From positions 544,001 through 608,000 of the forward strand of contig CAXXIA010000002.1 in the NCBI GenBank assembly GCA_963666985.2: a stretch of 64,000 nucleotides of DNA. Direction: 5' to 3'. The stretch comes from Spirochaetia bacterium (GTDB lineage Bacteria; Spirochaetota; Spirochaetia; DSM-2461). The stretch's first letter is position 1. Every line of letters begins with the position of its first letter. The notes under the pieces were generated by a model that was not told where the DNA came from, did not search any database, and was given only the letters and a program-made list of their open reading frames with translations. A program made the position numbers and the translations under genes. Of the stretch, positions 1-9,365 are shown piece by piece.

Positions 1-426
1 CCACTGGGTTTTATCGGAAATTACAAAGCATGCACTTCCACTCAGATCGGTTACGCCTTTTACATCCAGAGGCCCTTTTTGAGAAACCAAAGGTGCTTCT
101 GAGAATCCCCGGATAAGCACGGGCTCTCCGCTAAGATTTGCACCGCGTTTGGAATCCCGGAACGTGGCCACGGCTTCTGTCCGGTCCAGCCCTCCTTCCG
201 CGGCCTCCAGGCCATGAGGATAGACTGCCTCGGTAAAAATCCTCACCGCATCAGGATTGGCAGCAACAATGCGCCAACCATTCCCCCGGCGTTCCTCTTT
301 CAGAGCTCCGGCATCAAAAAGCGGTTCAAAGGCCGATAGGGCACGCGAACCAAGTTCCGACCGGGTGACATACCCCTTACCGATCAATTCCAGCAAAACA
401 CGGGCAACCGAATCAGCCGCCTTCAT
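1..426 (-). CDS. mksG: MksG/JetD-like protein (putative Toprim nuclease subunit of the Mks/Wadjet system); N-terminal part only, runs off the window
   Basis: Not in the ORF track because it has no stop in the window. Manual translation from ATG at 426 is open to position 1 (MKAADSVARVLLELIGKGYVTRSELG...DRTEAVATFRDSKRG...SDKTQW). It overlaps the mksF stop by 14 bp and is the fourth gene of the B-E-F-G order. The Toprim domain is not visible, so the call rests mainly on context. Confidence 0.65.
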   Translation of the reverse strand, partial: MKAADSVARVLLELIGKGYVTRSELGSRALSAFEPLFDAGALKEERRGNGWRIVAANPDAVRIFTEAVYPHGLEAAEGGLDRTEAVATFRDSKRGANLSGEPVLIRGFSEAPLVSQKGPLDVKGVTDLSGSACFVISDKTQW

Positions 427-3121
427 TGTCACGCCTTAATTCGATGAGTGCCGTCTCATCAAGAACGATTCGTCCTTCGGGGTTCTCCGCCAGCATATAG
501 ATTCGATCTACTTCTTCAACAGAATCGGGGCTGGCCAGTACCGGAATAAAATCCAGTGACCCCGCCAGCCGGATAATCCCGGCAATATTGTCATGGTCAA
601 GACTCGATACTTCATCAAGATAAAACGGAAGGCAGGCCCTTCGTCCGCTCATTAAATCGCGCAGCAGAATTAAATGCACCAGCACTTTGATTGTGATGGT
701 TGTTCCGTTCGATTCAATCTGATCGAGATTGGTATAGGTGCGTTTCCCGCCGTCCGAGCCCTGGATTTCGAAATGGAGGTCAAACAAATCACGCAGCCCG
801 ACCGACTGTGTCTGTTCCAGCAGGCGGCCGAGTTCCTCCATGTCGTTCGACGAGTTATCCGTCGCACCGAAAAGCGGCAAATCATCATGAAAATCACACA
901 GCGACTTGATTCGCTTCATCCACTCAGGCCGCTCACAGACAATCAGCCCCACATCGTCAAGATTCGATACGGCAACCTTTCCCATCCGGCGGTTCAGTTC
1001 TCCGACCTTGCCTTCCAGCCGTTCCAAATCATGAGATAATGCTGAGAAAGAACTGCGCAGGCCGACCGCGAAATCCGCCCACGACTTGCGCAGGGCCGCC
1101 TCGCGGCTTTCGAGAGCATCAACCGCCTCTTTCAAACGACGCAGTGTTTCATTCTCTGTTTGTCCGCTGTATTTCCCGTATGTTCGATCATGAATTCCGT
1201 TCAGCAGTCTATCGGCTTCATCCGCGAAAAGACGTTCCTCGCTGAATGTACGGCGATAAACCTCATATAAATCATCGAGTCCATCGGGAAACTCTATTCC
1301 GCTTCCCGCCTCCCAGCCCTCTTTCGGCGGAGAAAGTCGGCGATGCCTCTCCAGCAGTTCCCGGCGTTCTTTTTCCGCGGATTGCGCGGCAGCCAGTAAG
1401 CTCTGCCCTTCTTTTGCCAGTGACTGAATATTCAGGTTTATTCGATTGATTTCATCCTGCAGTTTTTCCGATTTGGTTTCCAGGGATTGAACTTCGGCTG
1501 TCCATTGGTCGGCCTGTTCCCGCCGGCCGCATAATTCCGACCATCGAATCAAACGATACTTCAGCCGCTCTTCCTCTTCACGCTTATCGACAAGTTTTTT
1601 CTCCAGCCCTTCCCTGTCGCGGGCGACTTCCAGCAAATCGGTTTCGTGACGGATCTGTCTTTTCAGTTCATCAATCCTCAGCGTCAATACTTCGGGATTT
1701 ACCAGCGCAGAGATGTCGTGCGGCGGTATCTCCCGCAAATCGATACGCATATCTCCATCGGAGTAGGAACCATCCGAGATTTTCTCCAGAAGCCGTTCAA
1801 GACGCATGCGAACGGATGAAGGATTACTCAAGTCCACATCAGATTCATTCAGATGCAGTATTGAAGGGTTCAGGATTCTAAACAATTCGGCGATATCCTC
1901 ATCTTCGAATTCTTCACGGAGCCCGGCCAGAATCAGATGATCTCCCGAATCTCGCATGCGTTCCGCTGTCCCCAGATCCGTTTTCAATCTCTTGATTCGC
2001 GCATCAATCTGCTCGGCACGTTCCCCCTCCAGCCGTGAAATACCGGCCTGGAGTTTAGCCGTCTCTTTACGCAAATCATCATATCGCCGCTCTTCCCAAT
2101 CAGGCATGAAGTCGGCAAGACTTTCTTCCAGCTTCCGGAAATCTTCAAGCTTTGAGTGTAATCCTCCAAGCTTGCCGATCAGTCCGTCACGTTTCCCGCT
2201 CGCAACAGAACGTTCTTCCTTCAATGTCTCTTCCAGATCCCGGAGTCTTTCATGCTCCAGGCGTTTATCCCGTTCGAAGTTTTCCAGTTCGGATTCACGG
2301 GCGGTGAACAATCGTCCGAGTTCCATCCACAGGATGGGTAAAGCACCTCGAGCGGCATCCCGTTGATCGATAAAAGTAAATAGATTTGCTACATCCTTCT
2401 CAATCCAGCGCAGCTCTTTCAGCGCCTGGGCATCCCTCTGGAGACGACTGAAGCGATCTCGGTATTCAACCGAAAGATCAATTTCCTTTTGCTGGAATTC
2501 GTTGTTATAGATTTCAACCAGCAATTCTTTCAGTTCATCCTGCCGCAGCTGGGCCAGACGCAGCAAATTACAAAACAAAAAACTGAAACGCTCGTACTGC
2601 CTGCGATCGCGAAGCGGGAGAAGTCCCAATCGGACACCCCTATCTTCACCCACACCGGAAAGTGCCGCCCGCAGATGCTGCGGCTCCAGCTTTACATAGT
2701 TTTTACCCGCCAGCCGAGCCTTCACCTGATCCGTATCGCGCATCTGACGCATATCGGTCAGATAGTCCTCCATTTCAAAACGCCCGCGGTAAGCAAAACG
2801 CTCAAAATCATATTGCCGCGCCGGACCGAGACCATGCACACCCACCACCGCCATACCTTCCGGAGTTCGACACTCGAAAAGGATATAGCTGTAGGTTGCC
2901 GGGAAATAATATTTTCGCGTCTCATTCAACGGATGAGAAAAATGCATCTTGCGCTGATCGTTTAGATAAAGAAACTGCAGCATTGAAATCAAAGAAGTTT
3001 TCCCGATGTTGTTCGCCCCCATCAGGTGCAGGGGGGCATCAAGCCGAACCTCCGCAAAATCATACTTCCCCGAATGGAAAGCAATCAGGCGAACAGGTGA
3101 ACAAAGGATCTCATCACTCAT
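413..3121 (-). CDS. mksF: MksF/JetC SMC-like ATPase
   Basis: Walker A GANNIGKTS, long central coiled coil, signature ESNGT, Walker B/D-loop PFYLDEVSSLD. Start placed at MSDEILC (3121), overlapping the mksE stop. Confidence 0.9.
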   Translation of the reverse strand: MSDEILCSPVRLIAFHSGKYDFAEVRLDAPLHLMGANNIGKTSLISMLQFLYLNDQRKMHFSHPLNETRKYYFPATYSYILFECRTPEGMAVVGVHGLGPARQYDFERFAYRGRFEMEDYLTDMRQMRDTDQVKARLAGKNYVKLEPQHLRAALSGVGEDRGVRLGLLPLRDRRQYERFSFLFCNLLRLAQLRQDELKELLVEIYNNEFQQKEIDLSVEYRDRFSRLQRDAQALKELRWIEKDVANLFTFIDQRDAARGALPILWMELGRLFTARESELENFERDKRLEHERLRDLEETLKEERSVASGKRDGLIGKLGGLHSKLEDFRKLEESLADFMPDWEERRYDDLRKETAKLQAGISRLEGERAEQIDARIKRLKTDLGTAERMRDSGDHLILAGLREEFEDEDIAELFRILNPSILHLNESDVDLSNPSSVRMRLERLLEKISDGSYSDGDMRIDLREIPPHDISALVNPEVLTLRIDELKRQIRHETDLLEVARDREGLEKKLVDKREEEERLKYRLIRWSELCGRREQADQWTAEVQSLETKSEKLQDEINRINLNIQSLAKEGQSLLAAAQSAEKERRELLERHRRLSPPKEGWEAGSGIEFPDGLDDLYEVYRRTFSEERLFADEADRLLNGIHDRTYGKYSGQTENETLRRLKEAVDALESREAALRKSWADFAVGLRSSFSALSHDLERLEGKVGELNRRMGKVAVSNLDDVGLIVCERPEWMKRIKSLCDFHDDLPLFGATDNSSNDMEELGRLLEQTQSVGLRDLFDLHFEIQGSDGGKRTYTNLDQIESNGTTITIKVLVHLILLRDLMSGRRACLPFYLDEVSSLDHDNIAGIIRLAGSLDFIPVLASPDSVEEVDRIYMLAENPEGRIVLDETALIELRRDNEGG

Positions 3122-3653
3122 CGTTATTCTCCGTTTCCTCTGTCGTGATGAAATCCGTACACAGCTCCAGGAAGCGGCATACAGGCAAACGGAAGCGGAA
3201 GGTATCATCCGGAGCAAGTTCCAGGAATCCCAGCCGCTCCATGTTTTTCAGAAGTCCCGGCAGATCTTCGGCCGACGGCAAGCCGACTTCACTCATGTAC
3301 TGCCGTGAACGGGCGGCCTGGTAATGAGGCAATTCCCGGAGATTGAAACGGCGGGTCATCAGCGCTTCCTCCACGGGATGCCCCTTCGTCGCCAATGCTT
3401 CGATGAGAACGAACATGAAAACCGCCATCCGTTCGGCGACATCACTCAACTGCGCATCGCCGCAGAAATAATAAAATCCGCGCGGATGCTCCCGAAAACT
3501 GAATCCAAGATTTTTAAATAAGGTCTCATATGCATCACGGTTATCACGCAACGCGAAAAAAAGTGCCCCGTCTTCCATGCATATATGCCGCCCCTTTCTC
3601 AGGGCGTCAAACACCTCCGCCATATGCGGCAGTTCGATAGGAATCTTATCCAC
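3114..3653 (-). CDS. mksE: MksE/JetB kite subunit
   Basis: 179 aa with motifs LRKGRHI, LGF...HPRGFYYF and MERLGFLE...F. Lies between the kleisin-like and SMC genes with 8-bp overlaps. Confidence 0.8.
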   Translation of the reverse strand: MDKIPIELPHMAEVFDALRKGRHICMEDGALFFALRDNRDAYETLFKNLGFSFREHPRGFYYFCGDAQLSDVAERMAVFMFVLIEALATKGHPVEEALMTRRFNLRELPHYQAARSRQYMSEVGLPSAEDLPGLLKNMERLGFLELAPDDTFRFRLPVCRFLELCTDFITTEETENNDE

Positions 3654-4875
3654 CGGCCGCCTCCAGTCTCATCTCATATGCACGGGCAACAATCGAATCC
3701 AGACGGTATTCCCTTGATTCTCCCGGAACAAGCAGAAACAAGTCGTCTCCGTAAATCCGCCCATACAAACCAAGAAGCTGATGCGCTGAAAGATCAGGAT
3801 AACTACGGCACAGCCAGCCGAGTACGTCATCTACGGGCTGCTCCATCTCAAGATGCACCCGGATTTCCGCATATGGAATAACCGTCGGCAAAGAATCAAT
3901 CGCGGCATCTCCGATACTCTCCGGTGCCTGCGGAGAATAATTGCTGATCTGAGAAAAATAAGCCTCTATATGGTCATCCGAGAACAGACCGATGGCGCCG
4001 CCGCTTTTTTGGGCGGGGAAAGACAAGCGTTCTTTGAGCTTCAATGTTTTTTTGCCCTTCCTGCTCATCCGATCAAGTGCCTGAGTCGCACCGCGCAGAT
4101 AACGGCTGTTGCTGAGCGCCTCGTTATAGAGAGGTTCCAATTCCCGCACGCTCTCCTGATAATCTTCCATCGCATTACGCTGTAGACGAATCAATCGCGA
4201 ACGCATGGTGGAGAACTCACGTACCATGATACCGTCCAGTCGGAATAACGCTTCACCCTCCCGCATCAGAGCTTCCAATGAACGCAGACGATCGTCCATC
4301 TCTTTTCGTGAATCAATGATGTCGCGCATCGGCTCAACGAATCTTTCCCAAAGACGAATGATTCTCTCGTAGCGTTCTACGGCGGCGATATCTCCCTCAC
4401 TGCTTTTAAACTTGAGAGTCTCCGCGATAATGCCCAGTCTGTTATCATGTGAATCACGGCGTAGCCGATCAACCAAAGTACGAATTTCCTGAAGCAGAAT
4501 GATACATTGGGATGATTCGTTCGTACGAACCGAATCCGATAATTCCGAATCAAGCTTCTGCAGTTCGTTTAAATATGTTTGGATTACGGCAACATTTGTT
4601 AGCCGTTGTTCACGAAAAAGATGACCGAGCAATTCTTCCCACATCGCCGTCAATTCGAAGAATGCCGTCTGTCCCGGCATTTCCTCCACCATGTCCATTT
4701 CGCGGAGCTGTCGAAATATAAAGGCTGAGGCAGGCTGTTCAGGCTTGCGAAGCCGGGCAATTAATTGTCGTAATTCAGCCTCAGGCAGCCCTTCCCTTCG
4801 ATAATAGATTTCCCGCAGCAATAAAATATGGTCGGCGGCAAATCTTAAATAGGCTGAAGGTTCGAATGCAGGCAT
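3646..4875 (-). CDS. mksB: MksB/JetA kleisin-like subunit
   Basis: 409-aa helical protein, first gene of the operon, GGAG RBS upstream; size and position match MksB/JetA. Confidence 0.75.
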   Translation of the reverse strand: MPAFEPSAYLRFAADHILLLREIYYRREGLPEAELRQLIARLRKPEQPASAFIFRQLREMDMVEEMPGQTAFFELTAMWEELLGHLFREQRLTNVAVIQTYLNELQKLDSELSDSVRTNESSQCIILLQEIRTLVDRLRRDSHDNRLGIIAETLKFKSSEGDIAAVERYERIIRLWERFVEPMRDIIDSRKEMDDRLRSLEALMREGEALFRLDGIMVREFSTMRSRLIRLQRNAMEDYQESVRELEPLYNEALSNSRYLRGATQALDRMSRKGKKTLKLKERLSFPAQKSGGAIGLFSDDHIEAYFSQISNYSPQAPESIGDAAIDSLPTVIPYAEIRVHLEMEQPVDDVLGWLCRSYPDLSAHQLLGLYGRIYGDDLFLLVPGESREYRLDSIVARAYEMRLEAAGG

Positions 4876-5080
4876 GGTGGTATCTCCATATTATCTTGCT
4901 ACTATTCAGCAGAACAACAGCAATCTGTTTGAGGTTGTTGACCTCTTTTTGTAACCACTGATGGTACCAAGTTCCAGTATTACTTCGGGAATCTCCGTAC
5001 AAACCGGTATAACGAGATCTGAGGTTCAAATCCGCTTAAGCCCGATTTCCTCGTCATGACCTCCCAACCGGACCACGACC

Positions 5081-6130
5081 TTATCCGAGAACCTGCGAAG
5101 GAAGCCTTCCGTAATGCTTTTTGAACAGTTTTCTGAAATGCGGGACGTCGCTGTATCCAAGGAGATGGGCCGTCTCGCCGACCTTGCACTTGTTCTTAAG
5201 GAGTTCCATGGCTTTCTTCATTTTGAGTTCCGTAAGGTAAGAAAGAAAGGTTCTTCCGATTTCATCCGAGAACCTGCGGCTCAGGTACGACGAGCTTACG
5301 AGAAAGTGGGCGGAAACGTTGTCGAGCGACAAGCCTTCGGTCAAATGGGTTTCCAGGAATTCCAGGACGTCTGAAATGGCGAATTTACTGGAACTCTCGA
5401 TCGGCATGAAATTCATCAATGTGTAATTCAGCCATGCGTAGAACCAATTCCTCAGCTCTTCCAAAGAGGGAATGCTGACGATCTCAAAGGCCTCTACGCC
5501 GATTTTGATTCTCTGATGGCGCAGGGTATAGAAATCGAAAATGACGTTCTTGATATTCGCATAGAGCATCACGAGGTCGCATTTGACATTAAGCAGGTTA
5601 TAGCCTTCCTCGTCGCAGATCCGGAACCACTCCTCAACCAGAGGCAGGACGTCCTTGCCCCCTTTGTAGGCCATGCTGTTCCGGATGAGCCGCTCGATTC
5701 GCAGAAGCCTGAATGGCTTGCTGACGCTGACGTGGAATTTACTGATCTCCTCGAACGCCCCGGCTTTCTGGTAAAACGCATCGACATAGTAAGTTTCGTA
5801 CGCTTCGTAAAAGGATGAATAAAGACCGCCGAGGCCCGGATGAATGCAGCCCTTAAAAGAAAAAGTCGAATCGAGGGACTCGCGGAACGCTTCAAGGGAA
5901 GGAGTACCGTCTTCTTTCCGACTGTAGTAAACGTCCAGTTCGAGGGACTGATCCACGGGGAAGCTGATCATCCGCTCATAGGGAATCCGATCTTCGTTCC
6001 GGTTCCTTAAAACGGCGAAGAAGAAATACTCCGAACGCGTCGTGAGTTCCTTCTCGGTGAAGGGATGGGTTTGTTTCAAATCGATGAGACGGGAGAGAAT
6101 GCCTTCATCGAGGATCGATTTGGTCGGCAC
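5081..6130 (-). CDS. AraC-family transcriptional regulator
   Basis: C-terminal AraC HTH (SLDNVSAHFLVSSSYLSRRF...LGYSDVPHFRKLFKKHYGRLP); divergent from the sugar ABC operon. Confidence 0.9.
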   Translation of the reverse strand: MPTKSILDEGILSRLIDLKQTHPFTEKELTTRSEYFFFAVLRNRNEDRIPYERMISFPVDQSLELDVYYSRKEDGTPSLEAFRESLDSTFSFKGCIHPGLGGLYSSFYEAYETYYVDAFYQKAGAFEEISKFHVSVSKPFRLLRIERLIRNSMAYKGGKDVLPLVEEWFRICDEEGYNLLNVKCDLVMLYANIKNVIFDFYTLRHQRIKIGVEAFEIVSIPSLEELRNWFYAWLNYTLMNFMPIESSSKFAISDVLEFLETHLTEGLSLDNVSAHFLVSSSYLSRRFSDEIGRTFLSYLTELKMKKAMELLKNKCKVGETAHLLGYSDVPHFRKLFKKHYGRLPSQVLG

Positions 6131-6277
6131 GGCTTTGACGGATCACCTCCATTCCATATTATAGAGGATTTTTATTCTATTCAAAAAAATCACCTATAAC
6201 TTGTAAAAATGTTCTTTCTATCGATCCGGTTGCGATGACTTTATAGTTAATGAAAACACCTATTGGAGGTAATGAAG

Positions 6278-7618
6278 ATGAATAAAAAAGGATTGTCATT
6301 ATCGCTGGCAGCAGCTTTTCTGATCTCCGCTTCGCTCTTCGCGAACGGTTCATCCGAGTCAGACGGTGCCGGAGACGGTCGAATCACGGTTCAATCCTGG
6401 CAATACGCCCTGGGCGATTACAAAGGTTTCAGCAAAGACGACGAATTGACCGGGGCCGTCGCGAAAGACTTCAACGCATCCCATCCCGGACTTCAGGCGG
6501 AAGTGAAAATCCTCCGTGATGCGGATCACTACACGTCCCTCCGCGTCGACTTCGCCGCGGGAACGGCCCCCGACGTGATCGGAATCGCCCCGGGAGCCAA
6601 CCTTGACCAGTTTAAGGATCTCCTCGAGCCGCTCCGTCCCTACGCCGAGAAGGAGTGGGGCCCCGACTGGAAGGACAAGTTCACCGAAGCGGCGTTCACC
6701 ACCATCGAGCTCTCCGGCGATGGGATTTATGCCTTCCCCAGCGCCATGAGCGCATCTGGAACCGTCTGGTACAACCGGCAGCTTCTCGGAGAAGTCGGCG
6801 TCGACGAATTCCCGGCTACCTGGGCAGAGCTGGAAGAAACCACCGCCGCCCTAAGGGACGCGGGCCTCATCCCCCTGATGTTCGGCGGCAAGGACGCCTG
6901 GCAGAGCTACGACATGTTCATCACCATCCTGGGGACGATCAACAAGAATCTGGCGAACAAATTGTTCGCCAACGAAGGCGATTGGACCGAAGCCGACGCC
7001 GTCGAGGCCTTCGCCTACTTCCAGAACCTCTACATCGATGGAATTGTCCAGGACGGAGCGCTTTCCACGACCCTTTACAACGAAGGTTACTCGCTCTGGA
7101 AAGACGACGACGGAAACAGCAACCTTCCGATGATCTTCAACGGCTCCTGGGATCTCGGATCGCTAAAAGCGAGCAACAGTTACTACGACAAGTTTTCCTC
7201 CTACGGCATCGGTGTCAGCACTTTCCCGGATATCGAAGGCAATGAGGCGGTCGTGCTCACCGCTCCGGATGTCGCCTGGGCCGTCAATGCCGATTCCGAT
7301 AACAAGGACGCCGCCTGGAACTTCGTCCAATGGCTCTGCTATGACATGCAGCAAGAGGTGGTCGACGGACTCGGATTCTTCAGCGTCCTCAAGGATGCGC
7401 CCGCACCGACCGTCGCGCTGACTCCGGACTACAGCGCCGCATATGAAACGATCTCTTCCGCGGTGGCGAGCGACAGGACGGTCGGATTCCGATCCTCGTT
7501 CTATCCGGACATGAACAAAGCCCTCTTCGAGAATCTCCAGCTTCTGGCGATCAGCGAAATCACTCCGGAGGAAGCCGGAGCCGCGATGAACGCGGCTTGC
7601 GCATCCATCGGACGGTAA
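6278..7618 (+). CDS. Carbohydrate ABC transporter substrate-binding protein
   Basis: Signal peptide ending FANG; SBP family-1 motifs (GTAPDV, VWYNRQLL, PATWAEL, DAAWNFVQWL). GGAGG at 6265-6269 supports ATG 6278. Confidence 0.9.
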   Translation: MNKKGLSLSLAAAFLISASLFANGSSESDGAGDGRITVQSWQYALGDYKGFSKDDELTGAVAKDFNASHPGLQAEVKILRDADHYTSLRVDFAAGTAPDVIGIAPGANLDQFKDLLEPLRPYAEKEWGPDWKDKFTEAAFTTIELSGDGIYAFPSAMSASGTVWYNRQLLGEVGVDEFPATWAELEETTAALRDAGLIPLMFGGKDAWQSYDMFITILGTINKNLANKLFANEGDWTEADAVEAFAYFQNLYIDGIVQDGALSTTLYNEGYSLWKDDDGNSNLPMIFNGSWDLGSLKASNSYYDKFSSYGIGVSTFPDIEGNEAVVLTAPDVAWAVNADSDNKDAAWNFVQWLCYDMQQEVVDGLGFFSVLKDAPAPTVALTPDYSAAYETISSAVASDRTVGFRSSFYPDMNKALFENLQLLAISEITPEEAGAAMNAACASIGR

Positions 7619-7643
7619 TAAAGACGTCTTTCGGAAACAATAT

Positions 7644-7679
7644 CCGATCCCCGCCCCGGGGCATCCGGGTCGGGGACGG
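7644..7679 (+). terminator. GC-rich stem-loop after the SBP gene (mRNA stabiliser or partial terminator)
   Basis: tccccg..cccgg / ccggg..cgggga inverted repeat between SBP and permease. Confidence 0.5.
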
Positions 7680-7703
7680 TGTTTCCGGAGCAAGGAAGCC
7701 CCT

Positions 7704-8573
7704 ATGGTCAATTTCAAGAGAACGACGAGAACTGGATTGCTTTACGTGATGCCCCTGGTCCTGTTCGTCGCCGTGTTCATGGTCTACCCCGTTTTTTACA
7801 ACATCCTGACGAGTCTTTTCGACTGGAACGGCATTTCGAAGAGCAAGGATTTCATCGGCCTGCGGAACTATTCGGATCTGTTCGGGGATCCGGTCTTCTG
7901 GATCACAGTGAAGAACTTCTTCCTCTTCGCCTTCTTCACCGTCTTTACGCAGGCGGTCCTCGGAATCGTCCTGGCGTTCATGTTCAGCAGGAAATTCTAC
8001 GGAAGCGATTTCGCCAAATCGGTGATCTTCATGCCGGCTATGCTGAGCTCCATCATCATGGGCACTATCTTCTTCCGGCTTCTCGACCCGAATGTTGGAT
8101 TCCTCCGCATCCCGTTGAAGGCTCTGGGAATCAGCGCCCCGCTCTCCAATCCCGATCTGGCCTTCTGGGTCATCATCCTGGTGAACATCTGGCAGTGGAC
8201 CGGATACTCGATGAGCCTCTACTTCGGCTCCATCGTCTCCCTGCCGACCGAACTGTTCGAAGCGGCAAAGGTCGACGGCGTCGGAAACGTCAAACTCCTT
8301 ACGAAAATTATCGTGCCCCTCGTCCGGGGGACGACCTACAACCTCACCATCATCGGCATCATCGGGGCGCTGAAGCAATACGACTTGGTCGCATCTCTCA
8401 CGGGAGGAGGACCGGCGAATTCGACCCAAACCTTCACGACCTACCTCTACGATGCGGCATTCACGAATTATAAGCAGGGCTACGCGAGCGCCATAGCGTT
8501 CATCATGTTCCTCATCGCGCTGGCGGTCACCGTCATCCAACTAAGGATGTACAACTCTAAGGACGTCGGATAA
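7704..8573 (+). CDS. Sugar ABC transporter permease
   Basis: Hydrophobic; EAA motif ELFEAAKVDG; TGGGP. Confidence 0.92.
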   Translation: MVNFKRTTRTGLLYVMPLVLFVAVFMVYPVFYNILTSLFDWNGISKSKDFIGLRNYSDLFGDPVFWITVKNFFLFAFFTVFTQAVLGIVLAFMFSRKFYGSDFAKSVIFMPAMLSSIIMGTIFFRLLDPNVGFLRIPLKALGISAPLSNPDLAFWVIILVNIWQWTGYSMSLYFGSIVSLPTELFEAAKVDGVGNVKLLTKIIVPLVRGTTYNLTIIGIIGALKQYDLVASLTGGGPANSTQTFTTYLYDAAFTNYKQGYASAIAFIMFLIALAVTVIQLRMYNSKDVG

Positions 8574-8577
8574 AGCC

Positions 8578-9363
8578 ATGAAGAAAAAAATTACCCAAAA
8601 AATTGCGGTCTACGCCATCACGATCATCGCCGTAGCCATCATCCTCTTCCCTCTTTCCATCCTGTTTTTCGGCTCTTTCCAGGGCAATGGGATCGGGAAC
8701 TACGTCGAAATCATCACGAAATACCACTTCCACACATATTTTCTCAACAGTCTGGTCGTCAGCGCCGTCACGGTTTTCGTCGTCGTCCTGCTGGATGTCC
8801 TGGCCGGCTTCGCCTTCTCAAAGCTGTCCTTTCCCGGGAAGAACGTTCTCTACGTCTTCATTATCTCGGCGCTGCTGCTCCCGGCGGCGGCTATCATGGT
8901 CCCCATCTTCCAAATCAACGCGAAACTGGGACTGCTGAACACCTACCTGGCACTGCTGGGCCCCTATGTGGTGATGATCGCGCCGTTCAACCTCCTGACA
9001 GTCAAAAACGGCTTCGATACGCTTCCCGATTCGGTGCTCGAAGCCACGATCCTCGACGGCTGCGGCGTCGGCCGCTCCCTTTGGTCGGTGGCCGTTCCGA
9101 TGTGCAAACCGTCGATCATTATGGCGGTCATTTGGACCTTCCTCTCGAGCTGGAACGAGTACCTGTTCGCGTTCATCATGCTGAGGAAAGAACGGATCAT
9201 GACGATCACCGTCATTCCCACGAAGTTCCAATCGATGTACGGAGGGCGGATGGGGATGCTTTATTCGTCCCTGTTCCTAATCCTCCTCCCGAGCATCATT
9301 CTCTACTTCATCATGCAAAAATTCATCGTCGGCGGACTTAATGCCGGAGCGGTTAAGGAGTAA
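8578..9363 (+). CDS. Sugar ABC transporter permease
   Basis: EAA-like VLEATILDGCG; WNEYLFA; ends GAVKE. Confidence 0.92.
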   Translation: MKKKITQKIAVYAITIIAVAIILFPLSILFFGSFQGNGIGNYVEIITKYHFHTYFLNSLVVSAVTVFVVVLLDVLAGFAFSKLSFPGKNVLYVFIISALLLPAAAIMVPIFQINAKLGLLNTYLALLGPYVVMIAPFNLLTVKNGFDTLPDSVLEATILDGCGVGRSLWSVAVPMCKPSIIMAVIWTFLSSWNEYLFAFIMLRKERIMTITVIPTKFQSMYGGRMGMLYSSLFLILLPSIILYFIMQKFIVGGLNAGAVKE

Positions 9364-9365
9364 AC

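Noticed and set aside
3122..3217. N-terminal extension of the SMC ORF in the track (similarly 35584-35676, 61910-61954, 63447-63479)
   Set aside because: Downstream starts have better RBS or coupling, and the extensions overlap neighbours or lack family-like sequence.
5010..5040. GGTTCAAATCC resembling a tRNA T-loop or att-site remnant near the Mks/sugar-cassette junction
   Set aside because: The T-stem pairs poorly, and I see no acceptor, D or anticodon arms and no second copy.
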